DNA of 64,000 nucleotides. Source: Okamejei kenojei. Lineage: Eukaryota. Each line of letters opens with the position of its first letter. Within the stretch, counting starts at the first letter, position 1. Where the stretch lies: NCBI GenBank assembly GCA_035221665.1, contig CM069131.1, positions 81,344,001 through 81,408,000 of the forward strand, read 5' to 3'. The notes below the pieces were generated by a model, which searched no databases, was not told the origin of the DNA, and saw nothing but the letters and a program-made list of their open reading frames with translations. Of the stretch, positions 1 through 13,099 are shown piece after piece. The translations under genes were made by a program, and so were the position numbers.

Positions 1-365
1 ATCCTGCCTCCACCACTTCTGATGGAAGCTCATTCCACACAGCCACCACCCTCTGAGTAAAGAAGTCCCCCCTCACATTACCCCGAAACTTCCGTCCCTC
101 AATTCGCATGTCATGCCCTCTTGTTTGAATCTTCCCTACCCTTAATGGGAAAAGCTTATCCACGTCAAGTCTGTCTATCCCTTTCATCATTTTAAAGACC
201 TCAATCAAGTCCCCCCTTAACCTTCTGCGCTCCAAAGAATAAAGACCTAACTTATTCAACCTTTCTCTGTAACATGCTGGATCCCAGGCAACATTCTAGT
301 AAATCTCCTCTGTACTCTCTCTATTTTGTTGACATCCTTCCTATAATTAGGCGACCAAAATTGTA
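1..365 (-). mobile_element. CR1 LINE 3' ORF2 remnant
   Basis: Reverse strand reads like the CR1 ORF2 C-terminus (SLERRRLRGDLIEVFKMMKGIDRLD...FPLR); same region as other CR1 copies in the window. Confidence 0.8.
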
Positions 366-869
366 CACCTTATATCTTTTTTTGTTTTTTATTATGGGTT
401 TTACAGAGTACTGTGTTGACATATCTGTTGCGTTGCTGCAAGCAAGAATTTCATTGGTTTGTCTCGAGACATATGACTTGACTCTTGATAAAATTCAGTG
501 AAATCGTAGCTTGCATCTCTGACCTTCAGGGGGAGCAATGGTTCATAGTCAAAACAGTCAGATTAAGTGAACATTTGACCCATCAACTGACAGACGTAGA
601 ATATTTGGGAGAAAATTAAAACAGAGAAAAAACAGACACTTTATTTGAATATATAGCAAATTAGGTAAACATAAAGAATAATGTCCATGAGAGATTAAAC
701 CTAGACATTGTTTCATGTGGCACAACATTCAATGAAATAATGATGAATTCAGCATTTACTTTCATTAAAAGCATTAATTACATTTGCATTTGGAGCAACT
801 CAGTCACTTTCCATTCCTTCCAAAGGCACAAGCAGGAAATAACTTACTGTTTGCAACTAATCACAAGGT

Positions 870-1320
870 GACCATATGCCCTGGTTTCAATTGCACTTCC
901 TGAATTTATGTCACATCCTTGTACTCTGCTCCTGACTTGTCTTCGAGGCAGTGGAATGACTCTGGGTATTGAGGAGGTAAGCCATTTGCCACAAGATATC
1001 CAGACTCCGACCCTTCTTGCAACCACAGTTTCTATGTGACTGGTTAAGATAAGGTTCTGTGTTAATGGCAACCGAGAGGACATTGATGATGGATACATTG
1101 GCAATGTTAGTGTCACTGAACGTCAAGGCAGGTGGTTTGTCTCTCCCCCCTGCTTCAGATAGCCATTGCCTGGCACTTCTTTGGCATGAATATCATCTAC
1201 ATTGATCATGGCTGAGTGTGGTCTAGTTCGTGCTGTGTGTGCTGATGGACTATGAATAGAATTGAACATTGTGCCATCTGTGAACACACCACATCTGACT
1301 TACTGATAGAAATACACTGC
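870..1320 (-). mobile_element. Old LINE (CR1/L2-clade) RT remnant
   Basis: Minus-strand pieces (VARRVG.., QSHSTASK, RQVRSR) resemble the post-RT region of CR1/L2-like LINEs; frameshifted. Confidence 0.45.
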
Positions 1321-1359
1321 TGGGGATGACATTAATGATGATGATGCTGCCGCCGCCGC

Positions 1360-1980
1360 CATTCGGCCCATCAAGTCTACTCTACAATTCAACCATGGCT
1401 GATCTATCTCTCCCTCCTAACCTCATTCTCCTGTCTTCTCCCCATAACCTCTGATGCCTGTACTAATCAAGAATCTATCTATCTCAGTCTTAAATATATC
1501 CACTGACTTGGCCTCCACAGCCTTCTGTGACAAAGAATTCCACAGATTCACCACCCTCTGTCTAAAGAAAGTCCTCCTCATCTCCTTCCTAAAAGAACAC
1601 CCTCTAATTCTGAGGTTATGACCTTTAGTCCTAGACTCTCCCACTAGTGGAAACATCCTCTCCACATCCACTGTATCCAAGCCTTTCACTATTCTATACA
1701 TTACAAAGAGGTCCCCCCTCAATCTTCTAAACTCCAGCGAGTACAGGCCCAGTGCCATCAAACACTCAGCATATCTTAACCTACTCATTCCAGGGATCAT
1801 TTTTGTAAACCTCCTCTGGACCCTCTCCAGAGCCAGCACATCTTTCCTCAGATATGGTGCCCAACATTGCTCACATTATTCTAAATGTGGCCTGACCAGC
1901 GCCTTATAGAGCCTCAGCATTACATCACTGTTTTTGTATACAAGCCCTTTTGAAATAAATGCTAGCATTGCGTTTGATCA
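1360..1980 (-). mobile_element. CR1 LINE 3' end
   Basis: ORF 1423..1839 LALERVQRRFTKMIPG...LYSLEFRRLRGDL...RVVNLWNSL is the CR1 ORF2 C-terminus; followed by the CR1 3' UTR. Confidence 0.92.
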
Positions 1981-2604
1981 TGAGACTTTATTGCCACTTA
2001 TACCTAGCTAGGAATCATGAAATTATTTGTTTTTGCATACAATGTGCTCAAAAGAGTCGCCACAAAGGCGCCAATTAAATTACAAAAGGCACTCATCCTC
2101 TTATCTTTTCTTTGCCCCCACCCCCCAAACCCCCACCACCAAGTCCCCCTTAGTTCCCTGCGGTCCCCCCAGACCAAGTCCACCTTACCTCTTACCAGCC
2201 CCCCCATGCCGGCTTGGTATAGCTGTGTTCATGTCCTGAATGACAATTATATGTGCACCCACCAATGGGTGAATGCTACTACTCAAGGTGTAGAGTCCGC
2301 TCTTCAATCATAAACCTTTGGCGCAAGAAAAAGCAATCTTGCGTCATGTCTGCATGATAACCATTTTCTTCCAAATAAAAATGTATACTTCCATACCAAC
2401 CTAAAACATGACTTGCAATGTGAATTTATCAACCATTTTGGGAAGTTTATTGGAAAATTTTCAAAGTAATACAAACTTTGGTAATAAATAAGTTGCAAAA
2501 ACTTCTGGTAAATAGTGCATGTCAAGCTGAGGAAAAAAATTGGTTGTGATTTGCAATATTGAACTCCATGTCCATTGTTTCCTGAAGATGACAACACACG
2601 TTGA

Positions 2605-2878
2605 CAGATTAGTAAAGAATGGTATATGCTTGCTTTCATAGATCAGGTCATTGAGTATAAGTGTCAGGAAGTCATGATGCAACTTTATATGACTTTGGTT
2701 AGGCTGCTTTTGAAGGATTGTGTGCAGTTCTGGTCACCCCATTACAGGAAGGATGTGCAGGCTTTGGGAAGGTTGCAGAAGAGGTTTATCAAAATGAAGT
2801 TCGGGATTAAGGGGATATTGGCCAAAGGGAATGTTTGGACTAACTTGGATTGTTTTCTCTGGAACACTAGAGATTAAA
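2605..2878 (+). mobile_element. CR1 LINE fragment
   Basis: ORF 2626..2877 YMTLVRLLLKDCVQFWSPHYRKDVQALGRLQKRF matches the CR1 LEYCVQFWSP motif. Confidence 0.85.
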
Positions 2879-4464
2879 AGTACAGGTTGAACACCGATTT
2901 TCCGGTACCCTCAGTTCCAGACCTTTTCTGGATTATCTGTTTTTCTGTACCAACAGAGGTCATGTGAATATGAAATGACAATACACCCCTGGCCCGCTAA
3001 TGACACCTCTACCGTGTCTCTAAAGCACCATGAAACTTCAAAAAAACAAATATTAAATGTAAACTGAATGTGAATGGAATGACCTGCTGACCCATCGCCG
3101 GCTTCCCCAGTCTCCCTGGTCATTTAGAGCCCCAGCTTCCGACGCCACCTCCGACTTGCAAGGTGCACCAGCAAGCCCCTCTCACCTGCTACTGTTTCAT
3201 GCTGTTGGCGGTGGCTTTATCCACTTCCCAATCGACCACCGCCACTGCTTCTCCCGTCGCTGTCCAGTCGGCCTCTTCTCGTCCCCCCCCCCCCCCCCGC
3301 CCACTCCCCCACCACCACTGCCACCTCCTCATTCTTCCCTAGAATGGCTGACATACTCCACCTTGGGAGCGGCAGCAGGTGAGAGGGGAGGGAGACCCAT
3401 GGTAACCTTGCCTAGTTTTAAAGTGAAATGACACAAAGTGCTGGAGTAACTCAGCCGACTGAATACGTGTGAGGAAGGGTTCCAATGTCACCTATCCATG
3501 TTCTCTAGAGATCCTTACTCCAGCATTTTTGTTCCTTTTGTCTATTAACCATGATCAGCAGTCATCGGCAATAACTGACACCACTCCCTCTTCTATGGTC
3601 TGTTATAACGAGGGTTTATTGTGAACAGACCACAGCAGAGGTGTCGTCACTGTTAGGGAAGTATGGACTTGCCCCCTCCTCCACAAAAGGTTGGTTAACG
3701 CGTTCCACAGTTCACAATGATGTATCCCTCTTGGGATCGTACCATGCCTAGCCAGAAACCTATCCCAGTGGCAGAAATGGCAAGATGAGGAGTAAAAGGT
3801 TTAGATGGGATCTGAGGAATTTTTTTTCACCCTGAGGATGTTTCAATCATAACACAATCATTGGAGAGTGGTAGAAACGGGTACTCTCACCTGGGTCTAC
3901 AACAAGCTGACATTGTCTTTTCCCAGACATTTAGTGATGGACAATAAATGCTGGTCTTGCGAATGATTGGTCTTGCGAATGATTTAAAAATAAACAAAGA
4001 AATACAGTAGAAGCTTTAGAAAATTTTCTCCACCCCTTTGTCATAAAACAATACTTCACTTCCAAAATAAATAATTGGATTAGCAGCACGACAGGATTTA
4101 TCATGGCTATGGGTTAGAAAGAAAGATGGTCTCCTCAAAAGTGCTAATCAAGCAAATCTTGCAGCAGATTGCAGATTGCAGATAGATTCACACTGCATGC
4201 ACGCACTAGTGGTTTGGGTCACTGATCAGGAACAAATGTCTGACCTGATGAATGATTCTGGAGAGAAGACGACTGGAGAAAATCTGCCCCTGTTATGCCT
4301 TCAACACAATAGACAATCAAGTGAATCGTCGTGGAGAGCCTCAGCGCCATGCATGTTAATTCCATCTGCCATACTGCAGCACACTCGATATTTCAAGCTT
4401 AAACTCTTGGCCGACAACTAAACTGCATCCTGTGTCAGATTGGACGGGCTGGGGGATGGACAAT

Positions 4465-4785
4465 TTAGTTTAGTTTAGTCTGGTTTAGATTAGAGATACA
4501 GCACAGAAACAGGCCCTTCGGCCCACCGAGTCCATACCGACCAGCGATTCCTGTATGCTAGCACTACTAAGGACACAGACCACACTCGGGACAATTTTAC
4601 CGAGCCAATTAACTTACAAACCTGCACGTCTTTGGAGTGTGGGAGGAAACCTGAGCTCCCGAAGAAAACCCACACAGCTCAGGGGGAGAACGTACAATCT
4701 CCGTTCAGGCACCCTGACATCGTAGTCAGGATTGAACCCGGGTCTCTGGCGCTGCGAGGCAGCTACTCTACCACTGCACCACTGT
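4465..4785 (-). mobile_element. tRNA-derived V-SINE (HE1-like)
   Basis: tRNA-like head, conserved core GGTTTCCTCCCACACTCCAAAGACGTGC and (CTAAA)n tail on the minus strand; many copies in the window. Confidence 0.85.
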
Positions 4786-5297
4786 GTATGTAGACTGAAG
4801 TCTCTCAGTATTATCAGACCACATGGTTTAATCACTATGGTGTGTAATAGGAGGAAAACTGTGACTCTATGGGTCATATTTGAAGTGGCCATTTTGGATA
4901 TCACAGGACACAAGAGATTTGATGGATGAGATTAGCAGTAAGGACATCACTGGAGAGATATTAATATACTGCTGATGTTATATTTTGTTCCCTCACTCCC
5001 ACTCCTCCTTACACATTTTGTCATCTGCAGTTCCTCCTTCCTCGTTACATATTTTGTCACTGACCCGCTGAGTTACTCCAGCTTTTTGGGTTTGTCTTCG
5101 GTTTAAACCTGCATCTGCAGTTCCTCCTTACATATTTTGTCTGCTCCACTGCAAAATCCCCTCAAGGTATGCCTACTTTAAAGAAGTTCTCTCTCCAATG
5201 AGAGTGCTGAAACTCTCTCTCTTGCTGTAACCCCTCTGAGATTCATCTTGCTCCCCAGCTCTACTGTCTATATCTTTCATTCCCCATTCCCCTGACT

Positions 5298-5396
5298 CAG
5301 CCTGAAGAAGGGTCTCAACCTGAAACATCACCTAATCCTTTTCTCCAGAGATGCTGCCTGACCCACTGAGTTACTCCAGCTTTTTATGTTTGTCCT
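5298..5396 (+). mobile_element. Short Penelope-terminus-derived element with degenerate hammerhead core
   Basis: CTGAAGAAGGGTCTCAACCTGAAACATC followed by ...GATGCTGCCTGACCCACTGAGTTACTCCAGC, same as the ends of the Penelope elements at 29138 and 37416. Confidence 0.7.
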
Positions 5397-5739
5397 CAAT
5401 TCTGCACATACAGTATGCCAAACCTCTGGGAATAATACATATTGCTTATACATACTGTAGCTTTTTCTCAGATGTTTACACAGGCCCCTCTTCCTCCACA
5501 CTGATTGAGCCCCAGATGCTGCTCTGTGCTGGCACGCTGCATGAGGGTGAGCTCGCAGGAGGAGGAGAAAGAATCACCTTCCCTGCAGTAGTTCCCAATG
5601 TGTGGCTGGGCATTCTGCACTGCAACCCCCTGTGAAGCAAGACAACGTGTTGTTGTTGGTTTTCACATTATGCCCAGCAACCCGCAGTTCCAGCGAACAG
5701 TGTCCTTGGGTTCCAACCCCACTGCTTGTGCCATTCACG

Positions 5740-5900
5740 CAAGGTGATGAGCTGGGTATAGTGGACCACAGGCCTTAATCTCAATGGTTCTTGATGATTT
5801 CATATGCACTGCAGTGAAATTCGTTTTGCACAGCTTACAAGTGCACAAGTTGCCATATTGTTGCGCCGTTTACACAAAGCCACATGCTGGATACACTGGA
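5740..5900 (-). pseudogene. Possible decayed BED zinc finger of a hAT transposase
   Basis: Minus-strand frames joined across shifts give SSMW...CTCKLCKTNF...KNH*D*GLWS..AHHL.EW, similar to the BED pattern W..CxxC..GT..LW.HL..H. Confidence 0.3.
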
Positions 5901-6582
5901 GTGCCCCCAATCCAGGTAAGCCTAGGTAAGCCCCAGGTTGCTGCTGGACCTCCTCCGCCGCGCAGTCCCGACTGGCTCGGCCCCGATGAACCACGTATCC
6001 CTCTCCTCTCCCCAACCGCCTTTTTTGTGTCCCGGGGGTGCCTCCTGCGCGCAGCGGGATCCTTGAAGGCTCTGGAAAGAAGCAATAACCCTAAGTCCCA
6101 ATCTTACCTAGCCACTTCTGTGCCACCTGGTCTTCGCCAGCAGCAGGCTCCTTCTCTCCTCAACTCTCCCCAACTTGTCCAGTAATGTTTGGGGTTGGGC
6201 TCGGCTCACCCTCGGTAGCTTTCCTCTGTGTCCTTCTTCACGCAGTGAGTCCTAAGGCCTGTTCTTGCCATGGCCGGGGTGGCCCCGCCCCAGGAACGTC
6301 TTCATTCACGGCAGCCTACAGCAGATTGTGATTGCTGAGCAGATATGTCGACTGACATACAGAAACTGGTACAAAAATTTAACAAATGAGTTAACTGAAA
6401 ATAGTAAAACAGATATCACAGAAAATATTCTGCAGGGCATATATGTGGAGTGTTCGAGAATTAACATTTTAAGTTGATAACCACTCATTTACATCATGTT
6501 TAATTCATCGCCATTTCTCCTCCTGAGAAGGCCCTTCCTGCGGTATATCCCCACTGAGTTTCTGTGGGCAATTCTGCAATTA

Positions 6583-6852
6583 GTTTTTAGTTTAGTTTAG
6601 AGATACACTGCGGGAAGGAAGCAGGACCTTCAGACGAACAGCAACAGTCCACACCGTTATCATTGTTCTCTGCTCATTAACAGTAATGCTATACACACAC
6701 TAGGACATTTCATATTTACATGTTATACCAAGCCAATGCGTATAGACTTACAAACCTGTACGTCTTTGGAGTGTGGAGGAAACCGAAGATCTCGAAGAAA
6801 ACCCACGCAGGTCATATGGAGAACGTACAAACTCCGTACAGACAGCAGCCAT
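6583..6852 (-). mobile_element. V-SINE (HE1-like), partial
   Basis: (TTTAG)n tail and core CAAACCTGTACGTCTTTGGAGTGTGG on the plus strand. Confidence 0.8.
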
Positions 6853-6855
6853 AGT

Positions 6856-7345
6856 TTTATTTCAAAATTGACTTTATTTGAGAAATAAATATATACAATA
6901 CATGATCCTTACAAAACTCCATCTGACATTCTCAGAGGCTATACATACATACAATACAGTTTCCCAAAATCACACATTTATCCCCCCACCCTTGCCACTC
7001 ATGAGGCCCACTGGCGTGGAATTCCCTTCCCTTATTTTGAGGGGCATCTCCACCACACCCTGCCCCTATGTCCAGCAGCAGAAGGACTCTAGACTGTGGT
7101 CCTCTCCCACCGAGCCTTGCAGTTTGCTGCACCGAACTTCAGTGCATCCCTCAGTACGTACTCCTGCAGTCTGCAACGGGCCAGTGGGCAACATTCCCCG
7201 ATGGACATCTCGCTCCGCTGGGTGGTTAACAACGCTCGGGCAGACCAAAGAGTGTCTTTCACCAAGTTGATGACCTTCCAGCAGCACTCAATATCAGTCT
7301 CTGAATGCGTCCCTGGGAACAGTCTGAAAATCACAGATATGTAAT
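6856..7345 (-). mobile_element. Tx1/L1-clade LINE 3' end
   Basis: ORF 7089..7421 GLFPGTHSETDIECCWKVINLVKDTLWSAR...LQEYVLRDALKFG resembles a Tx1 ORF2 C-terminus; AATAAA and A-rich tail at about 6856-6880 on the minus strand. Confidence 0.7.
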
Positions 7346-7818
7346 CATAGATTACATATGATATCAGGGCTACCAAATGACAATGATTACATCGGTTCAA
7401 TTCCATTTCATGAAGTGACATTCCAAAATGTTTACTAACAATTTATGGACTGCATTTCACAACTCTGTCTACAATTTTCTGAAAACAAAACATTATTAAG
7501 CGGTTGACAAAATGCTGGAGAAATTCAGCGGGTGAGGCAGCATGTGCAGTTCTTTCTTTAACATTATTAAGTGGTTACTATGCCCGCTGTTTCGACAGGC
7601 CCATTCTTGGCTTTGAAATAGCCAAGTTTTGTCTCCAGTGCAAGGAGGTTTTGAAATCTAGATTTTTTTAATAAAATGTGCAAACTGTGACAAGCTGCTA
7701 TCCCTGATAACTATAACCACAACTGAGCACACCCAGAACAAAGGAATGGAAACTCTTTAGCTCCTTTAATCAATTCTGCTATTGTATCTGTAAATTAAAT
7801 CATGCACATAATGGATTA

Positions 7819-8268
7819 TGGGCCTGGTCCACAGGCAACTTTTTAGGCAACCTGCACAGCTCCACAGCGAGACTTTGGCAGTCCCACAATGGCATGGCCC
7901 GATGTTGACAGGTGGTTGCCCCCGCCTCCTTCAATAGTCGCCTTTCACTATAGATTCGAGACATTAGCGTGTATCTTGGCCTTCATCTGGAGCTCTGGTA
8001 AGTAACTGTGCTAGCTGTCTTAATTACTGCGCCAACCTTCCTGTTCATCGCGGTGTGTGTCTGTATCGCCTTGGCTTTACACCATGTGAATTTCAGACAG
8101 CGCCCCCCCACCCCGCCCCACCCCGCCCCCCCACCGCCCGCCCGCTAACCCTGGCCCCTGCCTTTGTGGCCCCTATTTTCCAGTTACCGTTTTGTTCAGG
8201 GGACTGCGGCAACTTGACAGTTGCCAGCAGACGCCTGAAAAATCACCTAAGTGAGTGGGACAGGCCCA
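7819..8268. mobile_element. PIF/Harbinger-type MITE
   Basis: Imperfect TIRs TGGGCCTGGTCCAC.. / ..GTGGGACAGGCCCA flanked by TTA at 7816-7818 and 8269-8271 (3-bp TSD typical of Harbinger). Confidence 0.75.
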
Positions 8269-8463
8269 TTACATTTCACTAATCCAGAATTAGTTTGTGG
8301 CAGTACTGCTTATAAAAAGAGATATTTATTTTTATAAAAATAAAAATAAAATTGTTTATAATATAAATATGTAGTACCGCTATATATAATCATGTATATA
8401 GTATAAATTGAAAACCACTATGCAACACCAACAGTATATAAAAAAATAATTATATTATAAATA

Positions 8464-8502
8464 ACACACACACACACACACACCACACACACACACACAC
8501 AC
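8464..8502. repeat. (CA)n microsatellite
   Basis: Direct dinucleotide run. Confidence 0.95.
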
Positions 8503-9499
8503 ATATACACTATTACATAGTGAATGAGTACTAGAATATAGTCATAAAATTTTGTCCAGTTTTACTTCATGAAAAGCACAATTAGTATGTGGTTGCATGA
8601 ATGATTGGTTTTACAGTGTACAAGGAAAATGAGAATTGAGCTTTATACATACCCAAATCAATATGGTGCTGATCTTTTAATCTCATTGAAACAACTGAGA
8701 CGCTACACCCTGTGCATGCAGCATTCAAGTTAAATAGTTATAAACATCATTAATATTACCTTTTTCCCGAATTTACATTTCAGAGAGACCACTTTTGAAC
8801 ATGCAATTCTTGCACAACATGGACACGAAACGCGCAGCAGGAGAAAGAATGCTTGGTACGTGATCTGCAGTTGGGACTTGCCTCATTAAGTCGGTATTGC
8901 CAGATGCACACACAGCAACTTTTCACATTGGTCCAGTATTTTACTTGCATAGTGGTATGTTCTCCCTTACAACTACAATCAGAAAGTGCTTTTATCATCT
9001 CTTTGGATATTGAAATCATGGAATAATCGAAGACCCCCACCAAACTAAGCCAGACCCTAATTTTTTTGTCAAAAGTGAATAAAATATTAAAGCTAGGTTT
9101 GGAGTAAATCTATCCAGTTAAAATGTCCTAACAGAAAGAAACGCAAAAAGAGAATTGCAAAAAAGCAATTTGTTTTAATTGCTCCTCCTTTCTTTAATGA
9201 GTATTGGAATGGCAGTGTGTGATTATGAGTGATTTTTAAGAATAAAAGTTGATTCACTGATACTCCCATTAGCTAATATTTCGTACATCCCAGGTCAACA
9301 TTCCTAGTTCTCAGCATCATCTCTTGATTCTTGATTCTCTTTGCTTATTCTTCCTCAATGTTAGGTTTTGTTCTTAACCTGATGTTGGAGATGGAAAGCT
9401 ACTAGTCACAACTAAAATCATACTCCACACCCCCCGAAACCCAGCTGCATGAAAAACAAAAAAAAAGTGACTTTTGTTTGCCCAACCACCAACCACCTG

Positions 9500-9672
9500 T
9501 TTTTAGAGATACAGCCTGGAAACAGACCATTTGGCTCACTGAGTCCACGCCGCCCATCGATCACCCGCACTCTAATTCTATGTTTTCCCACTTTTGTATC
9601 CTACACAGTAGGGGAAATTTACAGAAGCCAATTAACCTACTAAACTGCACGTTTTTGGAATGTGGGAGAAAT
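9500..9672 (-). mobile_element. V-SINE (HE1-like) 3' part
   Basis: AGAGATACAGC..GAAACAG..GCCAATTAACCTAC..GGAATGTGGGAG matches the other SINE copies. Confidence 0.75.
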
Positions 9673-10084
9673 CCCACATTTCCAACATTCACTTGTTGGG
9701 AGCATAAAAAGCAACCAAAACAAGGAAGGAATTTTGGCCTGGCTTGCTTGTTGGACAAGTAATCTTAATGTTACTGAGATCAGTGTTTGGGAGACACAAT
9801 TTTCAAAATAATTTAAATCACTCCTTTAAAAAAATAGCTTCCTTTGAAATTTCTCAGAAAACTACTCACGGGCTCTTGCCTGAATATATTTTATATTTCA
9901 AACTTTAAGCCATCTGCTGCTGAGATGGTCAATTTTAACCAAGCATATCCCACAGAGCCACTATTATTGATTATTCCATGACAATAACAGACTCATTTTG
10001 ATAAATCATTTTAACCAAACAAACAAGAATTAAGAGTTAAAGAGGAAATTACAATATTACTAAGCTCGGTATTTTTTTGAAGAC

Positions 10085-10150
10085 GTGACTTCATAGGAAG
10101 TGCCAGTGAAGCGTGCTGATGTGGATGTTGAGGAAGTGTATTTTTATAGA
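10085..10150 (+). promoter_or_regulatory. Putative proximal promoter with two ETS/PU.1-type sites
   Basis: AGGAAGTG at 10095-10102 and GAGGAAGTG at 10130-10138, TGACTTCA at 10086, and a TA-rich box at about 10141, lying 60-110 bp upstream of the Ig-gene ATG. Confidence 0.4.
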
Positions 10151-10197
10151 AACATTTGTAAGCTTGTTACTTTAGCTGCACCATAGTAAAGAGCACA

Positions 10198-10252
10198 ATG
10201 ACAGTGAAGATTTCTAGATGCTTGTTAACTACTTGGCTTTGTGTTATTTCGG
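10198..10252 (+). CDS. Ig-superfamily receptor, exon 1 (signal peptide)
   Basis: ATG at 10198, MTVKISRCLLTTWLCVIS, phase-1 donor G|GTAAGT; joins in frame to the V exon. Confidence 0.8.
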
Positions 10253-10458
10253 GTAAGTAATATAGACCGCAAAGGATTGCATTAATGGGAGACGTTCAAA
10301 CTGGAGAAGAGTCAGAAGTAATATTCTTCAACAGATTGTGTGTTTAATTGAACAGGGAGCACGCAACATTGAAATTTGAAGTTGGTGCCTATATAATCAC
10401 AAATATAAAAGTTTATTTCAGCCATATTTCAGGACTGTCTTTACAAACATAGGATGCC

Positions 10459-10782
10459 AGGGGCAGTGGTAGAGTTGCTGCCTTACAGCACCTGGGACCC
10501 GGGTTCCTTCGTGACTAAGGGTGCATGCCTATACGGAATTTGCATGTTCTCCCCATGATCTGCGTGGGTTTTCTCCCACACTCCAAAGACGTACAGGTTT
10601 GTAGGCAAATTGGCTTGGTATAAATGTAAAAGACAGGTAGGATAGTGTTTGTTTGCAGGGATCGCTGGTCGGCGGCAGGTTAGTTAGCCAGTAAATAACC
10701 TTTATAATGTCGGATTAGTGTGTGCAGATGGTCGAAGGGGTGTCGGTGGATGAGGGCCTATTTCTGTGCCATATCCCTCTAT
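10459..10782 (+). mobile_element. V-SINE (HE1-like)
   Basis: Head GGCAGTGGTAGAGTTGCTGCCTTACAGC and core CCCACACTCCAAAGACGTACAGG. Confidence 0.8.
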
Positions 10783-11391
10783 AACTGATTCTCCAAAACA
10801 GACGTGGCCATTTTATAATAATAGTGTAATTAATTTCTTCATAATTCACAACGCAAATATGCTTGATTGAAAGGTAGTGACAGTAAATTATTGTTGTATT
10901 TAAAATAGAACTGGTAAAACTGATATTCTACAATTATTTATTTCAGTTTAACTTTAATGTCAATTAATTAGTCATTTTTATACTTCATATGTATTCAGTC
11001 TTTCTCCTTATACTTCAATCTGAGCTCAGGATTAAACTCATGTCTCTCGTGCTATTAGTTGCACCAGTGTGCCCTTCATACTTCACAGTGGCTTCATTTT
11101 CTTGTTGAAGTGAAGGGCAACATAAGATAATGAGATTGGAATTCATTGGGATATATTATATATTAATAAAGCTATCTAAATTGTTGAACATGAAAATGCA
11201 ACCCTGAAAAAGTATTTCAGTTGAATACTTTGTCTATATTTAGTATAATTTGAATATAAATGAGCAGATTTATTATTTATGGCAGGCATTTGTTAAATAT
11301 AGTTATCATTTAAAATGTAAGGACATTATTTACATCTTATGGAGATGTGCTCTTGAGAAATCTAACTCTTATCTCTGGCTGACTCTTGCAG

Positions 11392-11730
11392 TTTCTATCC
11401 ATCAAGCGCAGCAAAACAAGGTGAAAGGTTCAGTTGGGAGAAGTGCAATGCTCCCATGTTATTCTCCTTTCCTCAAAGAATATTACACCAGCTTCAGATG
11501 GCTTAAGAATAATTCGTCATTAATGGCAGGAATCATTGGTAAATCTAAAATCAGTGTTCTGGATGAATCTTTCCGAAATAGGATTCAAATGCCAGCAAAT
11601 TCTTCAACTGGGAATCTCTCACTCATTATCACCCATCTGAGAGTAGAAGATCTTGGGATGTACCAATGTGAAGCCAGTAGCAAGAACCAAAGCATCAGAT
11701 ATGAAGAGATTTTTCTTTATGTTACTGAAG
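11392..11730 (+). CDS. Ig-superfamily receptor, exon 2 (Ig V-set domain)
   Basis: Acceptor TTGCAG|, 339-nt phase 1-1 exon, donor G|GTAAG; G.SAMLPC...FRWLK...RIQM...GNLSLIITHLRVEDLGMYQC is a canonical V-set signature with several NxS sequons. Confidence 0.92.
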
Positions 11731-12287
11731 GTAAGGTTACAAAGATTCAAATGAAACCATTTAAAACGTTTTCAATATACATTTTATTTTACCTAGCTGA
11801 AGCAAATGTCTGAATGTAATAGAGATTTATTTTTTTTTATTTTTATTTAACATTTCCCAGTGATTAAAGCAAAATTATTGTAAATTATAAACTTTTGATG
11901 GGTGAGTTTTGCATGCTTAACATCTCTTATGTTGCAATGCTGAACAGCAACATTGTTGTAGATAATTTATGTGTCGTCTTGATTAATCTTTGCTCCAATA
12001 ATATTAAGGGATGTGGTATACAATGAGAGAAATACTCCTTTGAGAAAAATTGAAAAAACGATTTTATACATGCATGGAAAATGTGATAAAATTTATTTGG
12101 GAATTTGGTGATCTCATTTAGCACCAGAAACAAAAAACAAATTTTAAAAAAAATTACTGCTTTGTTTGTGGACAAGAACAAGAAGAAACATAGAGCTGTT
12201 TATGATTCATTGCATGTGTTTCATTATTCCAATTAACCCTACGTTTTGTAAAATAACCTTTTTGTTTTTTTTTACCTCTCTCTACAG

Positions 12288-12625
12288 ATGGCGTTCTCAA
12301 AGACCCATTTCTTAGCTTCTTCCAGGTCAAAAACTGTTACTGAACAAAAGTTACAGTCACACTGAAATGTAGCATCAGTCACCCAGTGGGGGTTTGGGTT
12401 CATTTACCTATCATATACGTGGACAGGAATAGACCAGCAAAACAGAAGGAAAAAAAAAAAGAAAAAGCCAAGAAAAAATAAATAAACATTATCAACCAAA
12501 CATTGGTGCTTAATCCAGCAGGAGAAAGATGATAATGGCCTATTCTTCTGTGTAAAGTCAGGAGCAACAAAATTTCAGTACAGTGAATGGGAGCGGTCCT
12601 TGGCTTGGAGTATTCCACTTTACTG
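12288..12625 (+). CDS. Ig-superfamily receptor, exon 3 (second, C2/I-like Ig domain; frameshifted as assembled)
   Basis: Strong acceptor (poly-Y)TACAG|; pieces DGVLKDPFLS, TVTLKCSISHP, NQTLVLNP, DNGLFFC lie in different frames; donor G|GTAAT. Indels probably assembly errors. Confidence 0.65.
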
Positions 12626-12713
12626 GTAATCTGCCCTGCTATTATTATTTGCTGACGTAACTTCTAGATAAATATTCCACATAGAGTTATTTGGCTTGGC
12701 ATTCTTTTCTCAG

Positions 12714-12884
12714 CTTTCTGGCTACCTTCAATGGAACCACTCTCACCATTCCAAATATGCCAGCAGGTGCATCCAGGCTCCCTTGGGTAGTATCGATTCA
12801 CCATAAGTTCAGCATTGGTGTTATTACATTGTTGGTGGTCATAGTTGACAGCTCTATATGGACGGTTAAGGAAAAGGTTGAAAG
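12714..12884 (+). CDS. Ig-superfamily receptor, stalk + transmembrane exon (frameshifted as assembled)
   Basis: Acceptor TTTTCTCAG|; TFNGTTLTIPNMPAGASRLPWVVSI..VITLLVVIV..ALYGRLRKRLK then G|GTAACC; hydrophobic run followed by a basic stop-transfer stretch. Confidence 0.6.
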
Positions 12885-13099
12885 GTAACCATTTTGTTTG
12901 TCTTTCTTTTTTACAAGAATGATATAATCCATTGGTTCAATTAAGGTAAAATTGGTGCATATAATAATTATCTTCGGCTTTATATGTTATAGGTAACCTA
13001 AAACCTCATGGGACTACCACAGGAATATATATTTTTATTGGAGAACTAGACCAAGTGCAGAACCCGTGGGTTCCTTCCCAAAGTGTGGTTGTAGGGGGA

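Noticed and set aside
11250-11813. 187-aa ORF as a single-exon gene
   Set aside because: Only 11392-11730 is bounded by splice sites; the flanks are intronic read-through.
12919-13022. Two additional micro-exons of the Ig receptor
   Set aside because: Acceptor- and donor-like sites exist, but the indel-rich sequence prevents reliable boundaries or frame, so they are not listed as features.
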